Source: Phyllobates terribilis (lineage: Eukaryota). From it: a DNA stretch of 64,000 nt. Made by a program: the position numbers and the translations under genes. Shown here in pieces: positions 62,343 through 64,000 of this stretch (its first letter is position 1; every line of letters starts with the position of its first letter). The stretch spans positions 188,604,001 to 188,668,000 of the forward strand of contig NW_027362764.1 of assembly GCF_046119375.1 (NCBI RefSeq), read 5' to 3'. A model generated the notes under the pieces. That model was not told the origin of the DNA, ran no database searches, and saw only the letters and a list, made by a program, of their open reading frames with translations.

Positions 62343-63503
62343 TACCATTTTCGGGCATGTGGCATTTTTTGATCACTTTCTATTTTTGGGAGGCAGATTA
62401 AACAAAAACCAACAATTCAGGAATTGTTGATAGAGCTGTGTAGCAGCTTGTTTTTTGCGGGACAAGATGACGTTTTCAGCGGTACCATTTTTATTTACAT
62501 TCGTCTTTTTGATCGCGTTTTATTCAATTTTTTGTTTGGCGGTATGATGATAAAGCATCGTTTTTTGCTTAGTTTTTTATTTTTATTTTTTAAAAAGCCA
62601 CTAAAGGGGTTAACTAGTGGGACAGTTTTATAGGACTGTTTTTTTTTCATAATAATATTTATTTATGGGTACAGTATATTTAAATTTTTTTTGGATTATT
62701 TTTTCATTTTTGTTTTTCTATTTTTACAATTTTTTTTTACTTTCTGACACTGTTTTTACTTTTACACTTTGTCCCACTATGGGACTTTCATTTTTTACAG
62801 GCTGGTCGCTAGCATAGCATAGGGATGCAGCAGTATCCCTTGTGCTATGCAGGCTGTCAGCCCTGCAGACACAAGTTAGATAGATCGTGCACTGTGCACG
62901 ATCTGTCTAACTTCCTGATGCCTGGTGACCCGGATGTTGTCATAATTACATTGGGTCACCATGGCAACGATCGCAACAGCGCGGGGTCTTCAATCCAAGG
63001 TAAGAGGTGCTCTTACCTCTGCTTGCCCTGGAAATGCTGCGATCGACTTCGATCATTTCGGGGGTTAATGTGCCGAGAGCGGTGCGGGACCGCTCCTGAC
63101 ATATAGTACCGGGTGTCAGCTGTTAGAATCAGCTGACACCTGGAGGCGATCGTGCCCGCACAGCCTCTGTGCAGGCGCGATCGCCAGGGCGTAGTAATCC
63201 ATACCTAGTCATTAAGGCCCAGGGCACTGGTGCGTATTATTATGCCCTGCGTCAGAATGGGGTTAAAAGGTTATTATCAGATTAAAATTAATAATATTAT
63301 CTTAATTTAAAATATCAGCCCTTCTAAACCATTTATATGGGCATAAAAGTCATAGATAGTTGAATAAAATAATAGCTTTAATATCTGCGGTCCAATGTCT
63401 TATCCTAGAGAAAGCCACCTTTTCTTAATATGTAAATGAGCTGTTAAGATCTATTGGCAGGGCATAGATCTCCGCAACAATCTTCCTCCACAGCTTTTTT
63501 TAA

Positions 63504-63997
63504 ATCTTAGACCTCAGTTCACATTGCCTGGTTTTTTGTCTTGTTTGCATTCTGTGCAATTTAAGGGTGTGGCATCCCCTTTGTTGAGCTGACTGGTATA
63601 TATGTAGCTTACCACGGGCCTGGGTGGTCTGGAGTTGGGACCCGGTCCTATTTGTCTACCCTTTTATATGCATTGCTTCAACTTTGATATACAGTAAGGT
63701 TTTTAATATAGGCAGTATAGGTACCGTCCCAATTTAGGGTCACCTTGCCGCTGGTGGGACGGCTTGTATACTTTTTTTGATCAAAAATAGTTCACTAAGT
63801 ACCCTATATTTATTATGCAACTTTGCTTTACATTTATATATAATGATGGTAGGGTATGAGATATATTTTTGTCTTTTGTCTTTTGTAGGTTTTGTTTATT
63901 TTTTGCTAGTGTGAACATGCTCCTATTTCTTGCATGTCTACCATCTTAGACCTCAGTTCACATTGCCTGGTTTTTTGTCTTGTTTGCATTCTGTGCA
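63504..63997. repeat. 55-bp direct repeat flanking a 384-bp dispersed repeat related to ~33570-33880
   Basis: ATCTTAGACCTCAGTTCACATTGCCTGG...TCTGTGCA at 63504-63558 and 63943-63997. The insert shares GTAAGGTTTTTAATA..ACCGTCCC..GGTCACC..GGTGGGA with the 33.6-kb copy. Confidence 0.75.
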
Positions 63998-64000
63998 GTT

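Larger units (their letters stand above)
58404..63262. mobile_element. Non-autonomous TTAA-target (piggyBac-like) element interrupted by a PLE
   Basis: TTAA|CCCCTT ... GGGG|TTAA; the host sequence rejoins across the PLE TSD. Confidence 0.55.

Overview
Eukaryotic, almost entirely repeat-derived DNA; the transposon repertoire suggests a frog or other amphibian (inference). No host gene can be identified with confidence. 1-15 kb: a decayed hAT transposase (minus strand) flanked by 52-, 133- and ~299-bp tandem arrays, then a foldback element and a hAT MITE. 15-30 kb: a nest of Tc1 elements. A Sleeping-Beauty-like DD34E copy is interrupted by a solo LTR and by a 10-kb composite hAT (18217-28261, TSD ATCTTGAG). 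A second copy of that hAT lies head-to-head with it (34300-43758, TSD TTCAGAAG) and has an uninterrupted 1233-aa transposase ORF. Both copies carry the same cargo: a DD37E Tc1, an L1 RT fragment, an LTR-like segment and an antisense 18S rRNA fragment. 46.0-55.8 kb: one insertion (13-15-bp TSD) made of two head-to-head Neptune-type Penelope-like elements (PLEs). It carries three hammerhead ribozymes, and an upstream ORF1 overlaps the RT/GIY-YIG ORF by a candidate -1 frameshift site and an ATGA stop/start. 58.4-63.3 kb: a TTAA-flanked non-autonomous element interrupted by a second PLE family with its own hammerhead. All alignments and counts were done by eye; no searches were run.
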